This document shows, piece by piece, positions 1 through 12,519 of a DNA stretch of 64,000 bases. The notes beneath the pieces are model-generated. The model saw only the letters and a program-made list of their open reading frames with translations, ran no database searches and had not been told where the DNA came from. How positions within the stretch are numbered: position 1 is the first letter of the stretch; every line of letters begins with the position of its first letter. The DNA comes from Eledone cirrhosa. Lineage: Eukaryota. A program made the translations under genes and the position numbers. Where the stretch lies: contig OZ024742.1 in NCBI GenBank assembly GCA_964016885.1, positions 208,444,001 through 208,508,000 on the forward strand, given 5' to 3'.

Positions 1-2068
1 GAGTGTTAGTGGTGGTAATGCGGGTGTGGAGTAAGTTGTGTATCGGTGTGTACGTAGGTGTGGGTGAGTGTATATATGTTGGTGTGTGTTCCTGTGTGCA
101 TTGTGAGGGGGGAGGGGGGTTGGGGGTGTATAGTTTTATTAGTGGTTGGGTGGTCGGATGTGGATGTGTAGGTGGGTGTTACTGGTGGTAGTTGGGTGTG
201 TGAATAGTGTGAGTGAGTGTATATATATATATATACATATACTGGTGTGTGTGCGCGTGTTGAGGGTGTCGGGTTGTTGGTATTATAAGTGGTGGGGTGA
301 ATCAAGGGGGTGGGGTGCCTGGAAGTGTTTTAGTGGTGTTACTAGGGGGTGTAGAGAGGAGGGGAACGGTCGAAGGATAAATGAAGAAGGGTGGGGAAGT
401 TCAAGCCGGGGAGGGGTATCTGTAGGGTGAAGATGGTGTGTTGTTCGTCCCTAAGTCGGGTTGCGTGGTTCCCATAGCATTCAATCAGGCCACAGACGGT
501 GAGGTTGCTGGCGGAGTGTCCAGCGGAACCAAAGTGTGGGGCGATGAGGGAACTACTGCCGGGACGAATGTCTCGGAGATGCTCCGTGAACCGATTTACC
601 AGGCGACGTCCGGTCTTCCCGACATAGGTTGAGACTGCACTACATGCAGCGATGTCCATGGATGAGGCTGGAGGAGGTGCAGCCGAAGACATGCCGAACA
701 GAGAGAGAGAGAGAGAGGCCATTGGGACCCAGGAAGGTGGTGGTGTTGGGTATCTGGGGGCAGGTGTGACAGCGGGGTCTAGAGCAGGCAAGGGAACCGG
801 GGGAGGAATGTGGGTTGGGGGTTGGGAGCTGCGGACGAGGAGGTTGCGCGCGCGTTTGCACGAGGGGGGGGGGACTAGAGGCGGAGGATATTTCAGTGAA
901 GGTGTAGGGTGGTAGGTGGTAGGTGAGAGGTTAGGGGTGTCGGTTGGTGGGGTCTTGGGGCGTGGGGTGAGGGTGGTGCAGCGGCGGACTGTGCGGCCGC
1001 GGGTGAGGGCGGTGGGGACAAGGGAGAGGGGTAATCTCTCCGGGTGAAATGGCTGACCAGTGAAAGAGCCTGTGTCTCGAAGTCACCATCTCGGCTGCAG
1101 TAGCAGCGGATCCGGAGGAGTTGGGAGTAGGGAATAGAGTGTTTGGTGGTTGTAGGGTGAGAGGATGTGAAGTAGAGGTAGGAGTGGGAGGCGGTGGGTT
1201 TTAAGAAGGCGGACGTGATGAGAGAATGTTGGGAGGGGTAAATGGCGACGGAGATGTCCAAGAAGTGGGCGAGGGTGGTGAAGATACAGGTTTTGAAGTG
1301 GCGGGAGGGGTGGAAGGAGCAGAAGAAAGAGAGAAAGGAGTCGAGCTATTCTCGGGTGAGGGTCGTTTCCGATGCAGTTATCAATGTAACGACTGTACAG
1401 TTCGGGCGTGGAGCCGGTGTATTAAGCAAGGATTTGTGCCTCAACTTGGCCGACGAAAACGTTGGCATAGTTGGGGCCCATTCGTGTCTCCATGGCTACC
1501 CCAGTGACCTGCTGGTAAAATTCACTCGAGAAGGAGAAGCAGTTAAGGGTGAGGACCAGATCGGTGAGGCGAAGGAGGATGGGGAGGGGCGAAGGTCGAG
1601 GTAGTGCCGGAGGGCGCGTAGACCATCAGCAAGGTGGACGACGGTGTAAAGGGACTTAATGTCTAGGGTGAAGAGGAGAGTGTGTGCGCCGGGTGGCAAC
1701 GTGAGAGAGTCAAAAAGGTGAAGGGCGTGGTTGGTGTCCGAGGTGTGGGAATAGGGGGCAGTGACAAGGGGGCGAGGATGGAGTCGAGAATGCGGAGATG
1801 AGTTCAGTGGGGAAGTTGCAGGCGGAGACGATGGGGCGGCCTGGGTTGTCGGGTTTGTGGATCTTGGGAAGGAAGTAGATTGTGGGGATGAAGTGGGTAC
1901 AACGAAGAGCTGGGAGGCAGAGGGAGGGGAGGACAGATGTGTTGGATGGTGGAAGAGACTTGTTGTTGGTACAGGGGTGGGGTCGAAGGTAGGGGGCAGT
2001 AGAAGAGGGTTTTGCGAGCTGCCTTGGGACTTCGGCCGTGTGGACGTCGGCCCGCCACACCACCAAAA
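1..2068 (-). mobile_element. Penelope-like element (Neptune-like), 5'-truncated and frameshifted: RT + Cys linker + GIY-YIG endonuclease
   Basis: Minus-strand fragments in the expected order: IYFLPKIHKPDNPGRPIVS, LFTLDIKSLYT, GVAMETRMGPNYAN, RYIDNC, KPTASHSYLYFTSSHP..SIPYSQLLRIR (thumb), CSRPRCHTC, YVGKTGRRLVNRFTEH..IAPHF (GIY-YIG). GC-rich; 5' end abuts (TA)n at 2070; bases 1-340 are presumed 3' UTR. Confidence 0.9.
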
Positions 2069-2140
<72 letters not shown>

Positions 2141-2456
2141 TGGTTTTTCTACCAATATGGCATGTAGACCAATACATCCTATGTAGCGAGACCTTGGACT
2201 TAGAACCGGCCGAAAGCGTGCAACCCCGGAAACTAAAAGATCGAAAGGACCACACCCAGCAACACTAGCTGTTGGAACCACAGGTACATCTCCCAGAGAG
2301 TCCACGCAGCTAATAGTGAATCCCAGTTGATCCGTGAACTATGAGCTTTTAAACAACATCAGCTGTGCCTGGAGCTATGCAGATGACTACATACGCATAA
2401 TGGATATCGCGCCCACACGGTCACCAGTACTGTTCATCCTGTTGTATGTATGTAAA

Positions 2457-2692
2457 TATCCGTGCGCGGGATATCCCTGAGTACATTTTCTTGACCATCA
2501 ATTGTTAATCGATTGTTTGTTAATTAGGCAGGAATATACCATTGTGTCTGTGCTAATCCTATGTGTTGCTGTATGTGTGTAAAGTATCCGAGCGCGGGAT
2601 ATCCCTGAGCTAATTTTGCCTGACTGTTAATAGTGTTTTGATTACTTTTTAATTAGGCAGGAATATATATTATTATGTCTTTGTTAATCCTG
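2457..2692. repeat. Imperfect tandem duplication, period ~128 bp
   Basis: tatccg(t/a)gcgcgggatatccctgag ... ttaattaggcaggaatata ... taatcct occurs at 2457 and 2585. Confidence 0.8.
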
Positions 2693-3528
2693 TATCAATA
2701 ATTTTATAATAATTTTTTGTGATAATACATTGTTAGATTACTGAAGCTACCTTATACCTTCTTAAAAATACATTTTATAATTATTGTCTTTTTGCTTATG
2801 TATTGTCTTATTTACCACTCTCTTTATTCTTGCCCAACTTGATAAACTCTTTGAATTGCTCCCTAATTAAATTAATTAAATTACTTAAATTACTTAAATT
2901 ATTGTATCTATTATGCCTAAGTTGTATCTGCTGAAGCAGCCCTTTGATAATTCCTCGGATATCCCAAATACCGTAATTTTTAACTTTTAATGTATAGTTT
3001 TCCTCAATTCGTTTTTATATATATCCTTAAAGGCTCTCTAAAATTTTAATTCTTCGAAGGGTCTCTCGGAGGAGGTTCCTATTCAAAATATTAAAGGTGC
3101 TTTTTCTGAGAGAACTATAGAAGGCTCTTTGAATTAACCTTTAATTGATTAGTTTCTTTCAACCTAGTAGGGAATATTAAAACTTCGTAAGTTTTCTGAA
3201 ATGTGTAAACGTGATCTCGGAGGAAGAAAGTTTTTTTCTTTCGGAAAAAAATTTTTTCTCTTGAAGAAATTTCATAGGAAACTTTATATTTTTATTTTTT
3301 ATTTTATTAGCCTCTTAATTTCTTCTAGTTTAGTAGGTTTATTGGAGCCTGTAAGCTTTATGCACTTATTGAGGGATTTTTTAAGGAGCTTCTAATGGAC
3401 CCCAAGGCTTTTAGTTTACTGTTAATGCGTAAATCATATATTATCTAATTTTTAACCTTCAATCCCTGACCCCGACAACTAATATAAAAGAGCCCCCTTA
3501 GAATATAGACCCCAACTATACAAGCCGA

Positions 3529-3636
3529 GCTGCTGATGTATACCACAATTTCAAACTGCTAGCCTTGAGTGATACGTTGATGTAGATAATGAAAAGTCCC
3601 AGCATGTGGTCGGACGAAACGGCTGTCGGCAATAAA
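3529..3636 (+). ncRNA. Hammerhead-like variant motif at a probable PLE terminal repeat
   Basis: gctg-CTGATG(t)a-t-accaca...tgtggt-cggac-GAAAC-ggct-GT-cggc-AATAAA, then (TA)n. The core is non-canonical. Confidence 0.45.
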
Positions 3637-3779
3637 CTCGTTATAATGTCATAATTGTTCCTTTGTTCTTTTTCACAAATATATATATATATATATATGA
3701 AGAGGTATTTAATTTGTTGGGATTCAACACAATTTTATAACTGATATAAAGCACTCAACAGTTTAGTGGAGTAAATATT

Positions 3780-3833
3780 GTATATACATATATATATATA
3801 TATATACATATATATACATGTATATATATATAT

Positions 3834-3927
<94 letters not shown>

Positions 3928-4150
3928 ATATATATATACATATATATATAAACATTTATATATATATATATATATATACATACATATATATATATACATA
4001 TATATATATAAACATTTATATATATATATATACATACATATATATATATATACATATATACATACTTACATATATATACATATATACATACATATATATA
4101 TACATATATACATACATATATATATATACATACATATATATATATATATA
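3780..4150. repeat. (TA)n/(TACA)n compound microsatellite
   Basis: Directly visible. Confidence 0.95.
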
Positions 4151-4290
4151 GTTGTTATATAGGAAAGTGTATTATTGGTTGTGTCATACGGTCCAATAAA
4201 TATGTGTTAGCAATATTAATTTCTCCACGCCTTTGTATATCTCCAATTCCATTTATAGGAACAGCTAGATGATGTAAAACGGAGTAGTTG

Positions 4291-4555
4291 TATCAAAATA
4301 AAGATCCGAAGGCATGGTATAAATTTCCGATCATTTTAATCCCGACACATGTTTCAATATGAGGGACTAAACTCTGTGAGTGAACACCGTTAATTTTCTC
4401 CCTCATATCAAGGATTTGAAAACAACTCATTTTCACCTGACGAGGTCAGTGATAATCGATCATGGCTACACGATCGATCTATCTCTTATTGAAACATGTG
4501 TCGTGATTAAAATGATTGGAAATTTATACCATGCCTTCGGATCTTTATTTTGATA
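4291..4555. mobile_element. Fold-back element with ~70 bp inverted arms, carrying hammerhead motifs (PLE-derived)
   Basis: tatcaaaataaagatccgaaggcatggtataaatttcc..gacacatgtttcaata (4291-4359) is the near-perfect reverse complement of 4487-4555. Confidence 0.85.
4433..4506 (+). ncRNA. Type I hammerhead ribozyme motif
   Basis: Stem I tcac/gtga; CUGACGA at 4437-4443; GAAAC-AUGU-GUC at 4491-4502. Confidence 0.75.
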
Positions 4556-4688
4556 TATATATATATATATATATATTTCGTTTCTGAATTTGGCAACATG
4601 ACCCTCCCAAAGTATAACAATATATGTCCCAAGGCTCTGATACCATCAACACTATAAACACAGAGCTGGCATATCTAAGAACTGACTA

Positions 4689-4744
4689 ACTGCCTGATGA
4701 GGTCATAGCCATTCAATGGCTATCATCGAAATATATATAGCAGT
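4689..4744 (+). ncRNA. Type I hammerhead ribozyme motif
   Basis: Stem I actgc/gcagt; CUGAUGA at 4694-4700; stem II atagccatt/aatggctat; GAAA-U-AUAU-A-UA; AATAAA directly downstream. Confidence 0.85.
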
Positions 4745-4967
4745 AAATAAAAGATTATGAGTTCATGCAATTGACTTATGTTTCGTCACTATATATATAT
4801 ACACGAGCCGAATTACCAGCGCCTTGCCGCATTGCACACATTTTTTTTTGTAAGGAAATGATTTTAAATCAGTGATATAATTTATGGAGAAAAACTCTGC
4901 ATTTCAATATTACTCAATGTAAAATGTAATGCATGAAAAATTGGAAAACATTATTTTTTGTAATATA

Positions 4968-5158
4968 GGGCGGTGGATTGGCAGTATCGGTAGAGGGTCG
5001 GACGCCATGCTTTCCAGCATAGTTACGTCCCTTTATGATCTGAGTTCAATTCCCGCCGAGGTTGACTTTGCCTTTCATCCTTACGGGGTTGATAAAATAA
5101 AGTACTAGTAATGCACTGGATAATTGCTGGCCTTGTGCCTAAAGTAGAAACAATTATT
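4968..5158 (+). mobile_element. tRNA-derived SINE (family A), full length, 18 bp TSD
   Basis: A-box-like tggcagtatcgg, B-box gagttcaattccc, central gcctttcatccttacgggg, tail ccttgtgcctaaagtagaaacaattatt. Perfect TSD attattttttgtaatata at 4950-4967 and 5153-5170. Confidence 0.9.
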
Positions 5159-5289
5159 TTTTGTAATATATCAAATCAAAATTACATTATTAAACCTTAT
5201 TTTATTTTGTTTCCTGTAAATAATTTTTTTCGAAATATCAATTCAAAACTTTTGAGAATAGGCATCATATCTTTTCATTTATCTATGGT

Positions 5290-5525
5290 TTAAATTTCAT
5301 ATAAATCGAAGGGAAACAATTTTCAGCGGAGGTGTATTCCCCTGGGGAACCCTTTCATTAAAATTAAATATACTTATCCAAGTACCATGGGCAATGTAGT
5401 TTCAGAATATATATGGTTGTGGGGGTCTATCTCCAAAACCTTAGGAGGAGTTCAGGAACAAAAAAACAAACAAACAAACAAACAAACAAACAGACAGGTA
5501 TACACATTTATATATAGATATATAT
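5290..5525 (+). mobile_element. Possible non-autonomous Helitron/Helentron-type relic
   Basis: Ends in ggaggagtt...(aaac)n agacag...tatatatagat; similar layout at 46150-46330. Confidence 0.3.
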
Positions 5526-5757
5526 ATATACATATATGCATGCGTGTGTGTGTGTGTAAAGTAGATATACACATAATATGAAGCGTTATTTTGCCGGTTC
5601 TACAACATCCGTTGGTGTCCTTTTGACGCTTTTATGTATCTGTGTTCTCTTTAATGAAATTCGTATATCCCAGCACAGCTAATGTGACAGGTTTGGAGAT
5701 AGGGATGTGATTATTTACTTCTCTATTTCTTTAATGACGTCACCTCCTTCTTTCCTT

Positions 5758-5801
5758 CACACACACACGCACTCAAACTTATATATATATATATATTATA
5801 T

Positions 5802-5877
<76 letters not shown>

Positions 5878-5940
5878 TATATGTGTGTGTGTGTGTGTGT
5901 ACATATATAGATGTGTGTGTGTGTATATATATGTGTGTTT
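5758..5940. repeat. (CA)n/(TA)n/(TG)n microsatellite
   Basis: Directly visible. Confidence 0.9.
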
Positions 5941-6889
5941 ATTTGCGTATGTGAGTGAATATGTAAAATTCGAACCATGATTTCTCTTGATTATTACCTA
6001 GTTCATTACATGTGAGGATACAATAGACAACACTTTGACATCGTATGATAAGAGACGGGGAAAGGAAGTGACTCCCTGGAGCGAATGGGCGACCATATTG
6101 TACCGTAGCTTCCACTATGACTGATAAAAGTATCTGTTAGGTGTCGAATTCGTATAAATAGATTTAGTAGACCTCAGAGCCACAGAACATCAGAATTACA
6201 ACGCTGACCTGGCTTCGCCTAGCAAACATCATACGATAAGCACCAGTAAGAAAAAGATAAGGGCTCTAACTATTGACTTAATGTTGATAAATGACTTTTT
6301 CCGACTGACAGAAGGCTAATAGATTTTAACGATATATTATTCTCATTTGTTTAGAAACGACTATTTTTTAATTTTTTTTTGTTTACATATTAGTCGTATA
6401 TATTGTGTTCGTATTACATTAGGAGACAACATATTTCTGGACGAACCAAATAATAAGCCTTTATGTGGTTGCATGACATGCTAAAAGTAGCACCTAAACA
6501 CCTTCAAATATATCTAGGTAGAGGGATGCACAATGCATTTAGAGTTATATTTTCAGGGGAACAATCAAGGGTGGGATAAAGTTGATCATAGGTCTACTAA
6601 ACGAGAGAATTTAACATACAAAGTGATCTGGCTTGTATGTAATATAAGTAATTGGATATGCTTTAAAGATCATTTGAATGATACAGTTCTTAATAATTCA
6701 ATTCTTACTCGCCTCGATTGTCGCCTAGATTCTCTCTTATACCCATCTTAACTTGATAAAATCAGTATTAATGTCATTCTAGCTGCCTACGATGTCTTCT
6801 GAAGTACTTCTCTCTACACACATACCGATAAAATGTCCGATGTGTGAAATTAGGTATGCATATAAAACTCATACTTTTTCTTCACTCCC

Positions 6890-7141
6890 TGTGTATGTAT
6901 GTATATATATATATATGTGTGTGTATATGTGTGTACATATATATACACACACATATTCATATATATATATATATATATACTTATACATATAGACATACAT
7001 ATATATATATATATATACATATATATATACATATATATATATACATATATACATATATATATACATTTATATATACATATATATTCATATATATATATAT
7101 ATATATATACATACATTTATATATATATATATATTCATATA

Positions 7142-7175
<34 letters not shown>

Positions 7176-7208
7176 CATATATATATTCATATATATATAT
7201 GTATATAT

Positions 7209-7278
<70 letters not shown>

Positions 7279-7506
7279 GTTAAAAAAATATACATATGTG
7301 GATGTACATTTTTTTAACTAATTGTTTAAGCGTCAGTCATACAAAAGTGAGTTACAAACGAAACGAAATTTAATTTCGTTTCGTTATTTGTTTTTATATA
7401 TATATACATATATATATATTGTTATACTTGGGGAGGGTCATATTTGTGTAATATTGCCAGAATTAATAACAGAACACACTCACTGTTTGGTTGGTTTTCG
7501 CTTTTC

Positions 7507-7543
<37 letters not shown>

Positions 7544-7656
7544 CAGTATATATACATATACATATATATATACATATACACACACACATATATATACACA
7601 TATGCACACACACACATATATATATACACATATATATACATATACATATATGTGTA

Positions 7657-7754
<98 letters not shown>

Positions 7755-7785
7755 TATACATATAATATATATATATATATATTAA
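6890..7785. repeat. Compound (TA)n/(CA)n microsatellite field, interrupted at ~7275-7508
   Basis: Directly visible; source of the spurious YIYI ORFs. Confidence 0.9.
7420..7508 (-). mobile_element. 3' fragment of the LTR-like element seen at 44844-45088
   Basis: Near-identical reverse complement of 45000-45088. Confidence 0.8.
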
Positions 7786-8964
7786 TTGTAGGTGTGTGTT
7801 TTTGGATGTGTACACATGCGTTTTTGATTAAAACCAATGTAAGTCTATTAAAGAGCCACTTAATGTTACACTTCGTTACTACACAGTTTCACGCCATGTG
7901 TTTTAAATCAAGAAACATGGTAACTCATCAGAACCTTCTGTAAATCTCTGTGAATTGTCAATAGACTCTTAATGAATATATACTCAGATTCTCTCCAAGG
8001 CTGACGATGAAAATGCGTGCCTCATGTGCATTCACAAATTTCAAATAAATTAAATATCTGCAGTGTTCAAATATTTGTATTGCTGTCTGATTACTTTGAA
8101 CATAAATCTACACCTATTTTTATGCTGAAAGAAGAAACTCAAAATATGTATAATATTCCGTCAGGTGTTATTTTTATTCGGCAAATTAGCCGAGTTTAAC
8201 GTCGGATAGAATGTTTTTCTGTATTCGATCCGGCTCAATACTCAATGAGTTCAAATCTCACAGAGCTAAACTTTGTCTTTTATCTTCTTGAGGTAGAAAA
8301 CAAAGTACCAATCTAAAACTGGGGTCGATTCCGAATGTATAACGTTTTGACACACCCTCCCTCACTACCCCCCCTTCCCTCGAAGGAATCAGCCTTTAAA
8401 TGCTTAAGAAACGCCGTATGCCGCTCCGGTGCCCCTACGATTCCATTATGGCTTACAGGACCATAACATACAATACAATACTTTCATGAATTTAATTTGG
8501 TTTTATGCCATCATTTTCCCCTTCAAAATAGAAAAGTACCTAATACCAATATAGCATCCATCTCCAGATATTGTAACAATACTTGTACGTATTACTTTTC
8601 ATAATATATATTTTCCAAGAATTCTCCAAGATTTATTTATTTCCAAATTCCCACTTGTTCGAATATAGTAATTTGATGAAATATTATTCTTTTCAACGGA
8701 TTCTATCTTCTACACAAATCAATTTTCCTAGAAGAATATGAGCCATATCAACATTTAAATACAATTCTCGAAGTGTGACCAGGATTATGAAAAATTCTAG
8801 AGAATGCACAGAGATTGTGTATGCTAGAAATATCTCGAATTCATTTATCTTGAACAAGGACAACAATAATATATGTGCGTGCGTGTGTGTATTTATGTGG
8901 GTATGAATGTGTATATATAATGATGATAACAATATTAACAACAACAACAAGAAAAATCAGTAGT

Positions 8965-9086
8965 TAGCTTTCCCTTTCATCCTACGGGGTCGATACAATA
9001 AAGTGTCAGTAATGCACTGGGTCAATTTAAATGACCCCACCCCTTTCAAATTGCTGGCCTTGTGCTTAAAGTAGAAACGATTATAG
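8965..9086 (+). mobile_element. SINE family A, 5'-truncated
   Basis: ctttcatcctacggggtcgata...ttgctggccttgtgcttaaagtagaaacgattat. Confidence 0.8.
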
Positions 9087-9485
9087 TAGCAACAGCAACC
9101 CTTTAAAAGCAATCAGGTCTAAGAAAAAGCGAAAGAAGTTCATGAAATGTTATTGTTCTCGATCGTGATAAAATCCTCATATCGATTTTCATACTGATAT
9201 TAAAGGTTTTATATATCAGAATTCTTTATCGCCTGGAGGCGAGATACACGTTTATGAAATATTTTTGATAAAAATGTATAGATAATCATGACAGAGATGT
9301 GAAGAAAAATGCTATATCGATCAGAGCAAGAATATAAAAGGAGCATCTTCAATATGGTTACTATTCGATAATTATATTTTTATTTTAGAGAGGTGTTGTT
9401 ACATTTGATCTGGAGCTGCAAGCAATCACTCTTCATATAAAATAATTTCTAAATTATAATCTCATACACACGTGCTCACATATAC

Positions 9486-9486
<1 letters not shown>

Positions 9487-9566
<80 letters not shown>

Positions 9567-9572
9567 TCTCTC
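9487..9572. repeat. (CT)n microsatellite
   Basis: Directly visible. Confidence 0.95.
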
Positions 9573-10089
9573 TTAGCATCCAGCCTACTCGCCGACAGGC
9601 ACCAATCACAAACTTTCTGCCTTGACCACTGGCCACATGAAAGTTTTAGCCCTTTTGAATTAATTTCTGGCGGGGATCATGGTAAAATAATCTTCGTCCA
9701 GTCTGGGGTATCTCCTAAGGAGTTCCAAGCCTCGTGGATTTATCCAAGACCGGGTATATCCAAAAAGTGGAACGAAATCACCGGTGGTGGAGACTATGAC
9801 AATTCTGGTAACATTTATGTGCATTTTTTCTTCAAACTTCTATATTGTACCTAATTCCGTGTAGTTAACTATTTGTCTAGCCAATTTCTACAGGCTAGAG
9901 GAAATAATTAGATAAGTGTCATATGGCTGTACATTGAGGAAAATAATCTGTATCATTTGTCTATTATTTCTTCATAACTACATTTTAAACTTATAGCCTA
10001 GTTTAAATAATTTTTTATGTGGTTAATTTATACTGATTGGGAGAGGAAATACTGTATATATTTGATCTAATGATACTTTGGACTTACAT

Positions 10090-10207
<118 letters not shown>

Positions 10208-10519
10208 ATTTAGGGAATGGGAATAAGATGCGATGGTTATACCATTTACAATCTCAGTACGTATGTAGAGTGAAATATTATGTATGATCGTAATCTTAGC
10301 AAGCGTAAAACATCCACTTACCTATGTCTACCTTAAGCATCCGATTTCCGGTTCAAGTAAATTAATGCTTATATAACTAAAGCGTTGAAAATAGCATAGA
10401 GATTGCAAAAGCTTCGTATCAACCAGAGAAAATTTGTAGACATGTGTATGTGCGTGTGTCTGTCTATATCTCGTATATATATGTGTGTAAAAGGTAAACA
10501 GAAATAACAACACAATCGG

Positions 10520-11030
10520 TACAGTATATGGAAGGTTAACGCTTGAAATAACAGGAATAGGGTCTTAACGTTTCGGACGTTAGTCCTTCATCAGAATAAA
10601 GAATAAGAAATTAGATAGATTGAAGGGACGGACGGCGTGTAAATGGAAAAAAAATCTTCAGATTGAAGATACTAGGGTGGGAGTGAAAAATATACGGATA
10701 AGAAGAAGGTGGTGTGAGAAGATTATAGTAGAGGAAAAGTGATAGAGAGTCCTGGTATATGTAAATGCAAGAAGCAAAAAACATTTCAGTGATACGAAAG
10801 ATTTCCTGGTGGATGTTCAAGTATACCCCGGGTTTTTATCCACTTTCGGAGTGAACATCCAATTTGAAAATCCAACGAATTTTAGAGGTCCACGTAAGCG
10901 TTCATATACCATATGTACTTGATATTCAACATTTTTTTTTATCGTCATCATAACTTCAAAAGAAATGCTCATATCATTCGCGAGAAAATGTTCAATGCAT
11001 GTGACGTGAATTAACTGCCCAACATAATTT
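10520..11030 (-). mobile_element. PLE 3' relic with minimal hammerhead motif at 10563-10597
   Basis: Minus strand reads CUGAUGA-a-ggac-uaac-gucc-GAAAC-GUUA, the compact PLE-type motif with palindromic AACGUU. Upstream lies degenerate GIY-YIG-end-like coding (..RWIFKL..). Confidence 0.6.
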
Positions 11031-11059
11031 ACATTGATATATCACACATAGAAATCCAG

Positions 11060-12250
11060 AACGGTGCAATTAGCTATCTCGGTAATCGAAGCTTTTATGG
11101 GCCTGTATAGCGGACACGCAGCTTGGTAACTAAACACGATTCGGACTTTGGCAGACCGAGACAACGTGTACTGAACGATTCCATGCAAATGTATATGATC
11201 TTTCGCCAGCACTTTACGTGACTGCTGGAGAAAGGGGGATTTCAGTTTCTGCCTCGACGGCACCCGTGACATTTCCTGGCCGATGCTAAGCGCTGCGAAA
11301 GGCCGATATTGCCAACCGAGAATCCGGCTGCCTTGATTGGTTGCACAAGACGTACGTCCTAATAGTTTTAGGTAGATATGCCACACTTCTCCGATCTCCT
11401 CGAAGCGGCCTACTACAACTGGCAGCACAACAGTAGTATTCCCAGTTCTCTAACACGGGGTCTAGCAACGCTAATGATGAAAGACGAGAACAAGACGGTT
11501 ACGTTAGATCACTTCAGGCCCATAACTCTACTCACACAGAGTTCAAGATTGTGGCCAAGGTGTTAGTGAAGGAGTTGACTCTTGTCGTCGGTGGTTTGGT
11601 ACGTGAGGCGCACACTTGCGTAATCCCGACCAGGTTCATACACGACAACCTCCACCTCATGTGATACATCATAGAGAGGATAGGGTGTAAACCTGGCTTC
11701 GGTGGGGATATGATGAATTTAGAATAATTGAAAGACTTTGAAATGGTCGATCAACGATACCTGGAGGCTATCCACAAGACAGCTGACTTTTCTACCGTCA
11801 TCAGTGGCTGGATCATTGCAATGCACAAGAACTATTATGTGATAAAAGTAAAGGACCACCTTTCGGAACCGTTTCGGAACAAGCGATCGGTCCGTCATGG
11901 CTGACCGCTCTCCTTTCTTCTGTACGTATAGCATCTAGGTCCTTTACAGAGGAAGCTGGATCTCTCTGCATCGGCATATGCAGACGACATCACCATCATC
12001 GTGTCGAACACATGGGAAAACGGGGTCGTCGGCACCTTCATAGAAGAATATGAAATATTGACGGGAGCAAAACTGAACCCGGAAAAGTAGGTAAGTTAGA
12101 AGCTCGGCACCTTGTGAGGCGAATCCATGCCGTTCAACAGAGTCGTCGAATGCTGGACGGACCGATGAAGTTGTTCAAGGTCTGGTTTAGACCAGACGTC
12201 CAGGTGGATAAGTACTGCGACGAGGTAATTGACCAATCTCACGCAGAACA
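11060..12250 (+). pseudogene. Degenerate Tx1-like LINE RT fragment, related to the element at 39251-42320
   Basis: MPHFSDLLEAAYYNWQHNSSIPSSLTRG..DHFRPITLL aligns with MPDLFGGLLADVYCNWQQNGRIPSSVSRG..DNFRPITLL; also IHDNLHLM and SAYADDI; many stops and frameshifts. Confidence 0.85.
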
Positions 12251-12327
12251 GGTCGACTTTCCACGTCCCCAAAATTGTTGGCCTTGTGCATAAATAAGAA
12301 ACGATTATTGTATAACCTATTATTGAA

Positions 12328-12519
12328 GGGCGGTGAATTGGCAGTATCGGTAGAGGGTCGGACGCCATGCTTTGACGCATAGAGTTACGGCCTTTGCCAT
12401 TCTGAGTTCAAATCCCGCCGAGTTAACTTTGCCTTTCATCCTTACGGGGTCGATAAAATAAAGTACCAGTAATGTACTGGGTCATTGCTGGCCTTGTGCC
12501 AATAGTAGAAACAATTATT
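12328..12519 (+). mobile_element. SINE family A, full length, 19 bp TSD, inserted into the tail of an older SINE 3' end (12267-12309)
   Basis: TSD attattgtataacctatta at 12304-12322 and 12514-12532. Confidence 0.9.

Noticed and set aside
2457-2692. CRISPR-like repeat-spacer array
   Set aside because: There are only two units, the intervening sequences are also similar, the context is eukaryotic, and no cas genes are present.
4968-5060. tRNA gene
   Set aside because: Only A/B-box-like SINE heads are present; there is no cloverleaf, and they are attached to a SINE body and TSDs.
3735-7815. Many ORFs of [12 protein letters not shown] type (also at 22-25 kb, 44.5 kb and 58.9 kb)
   Set aside because: They are translations of dinucleotide microsatellites.
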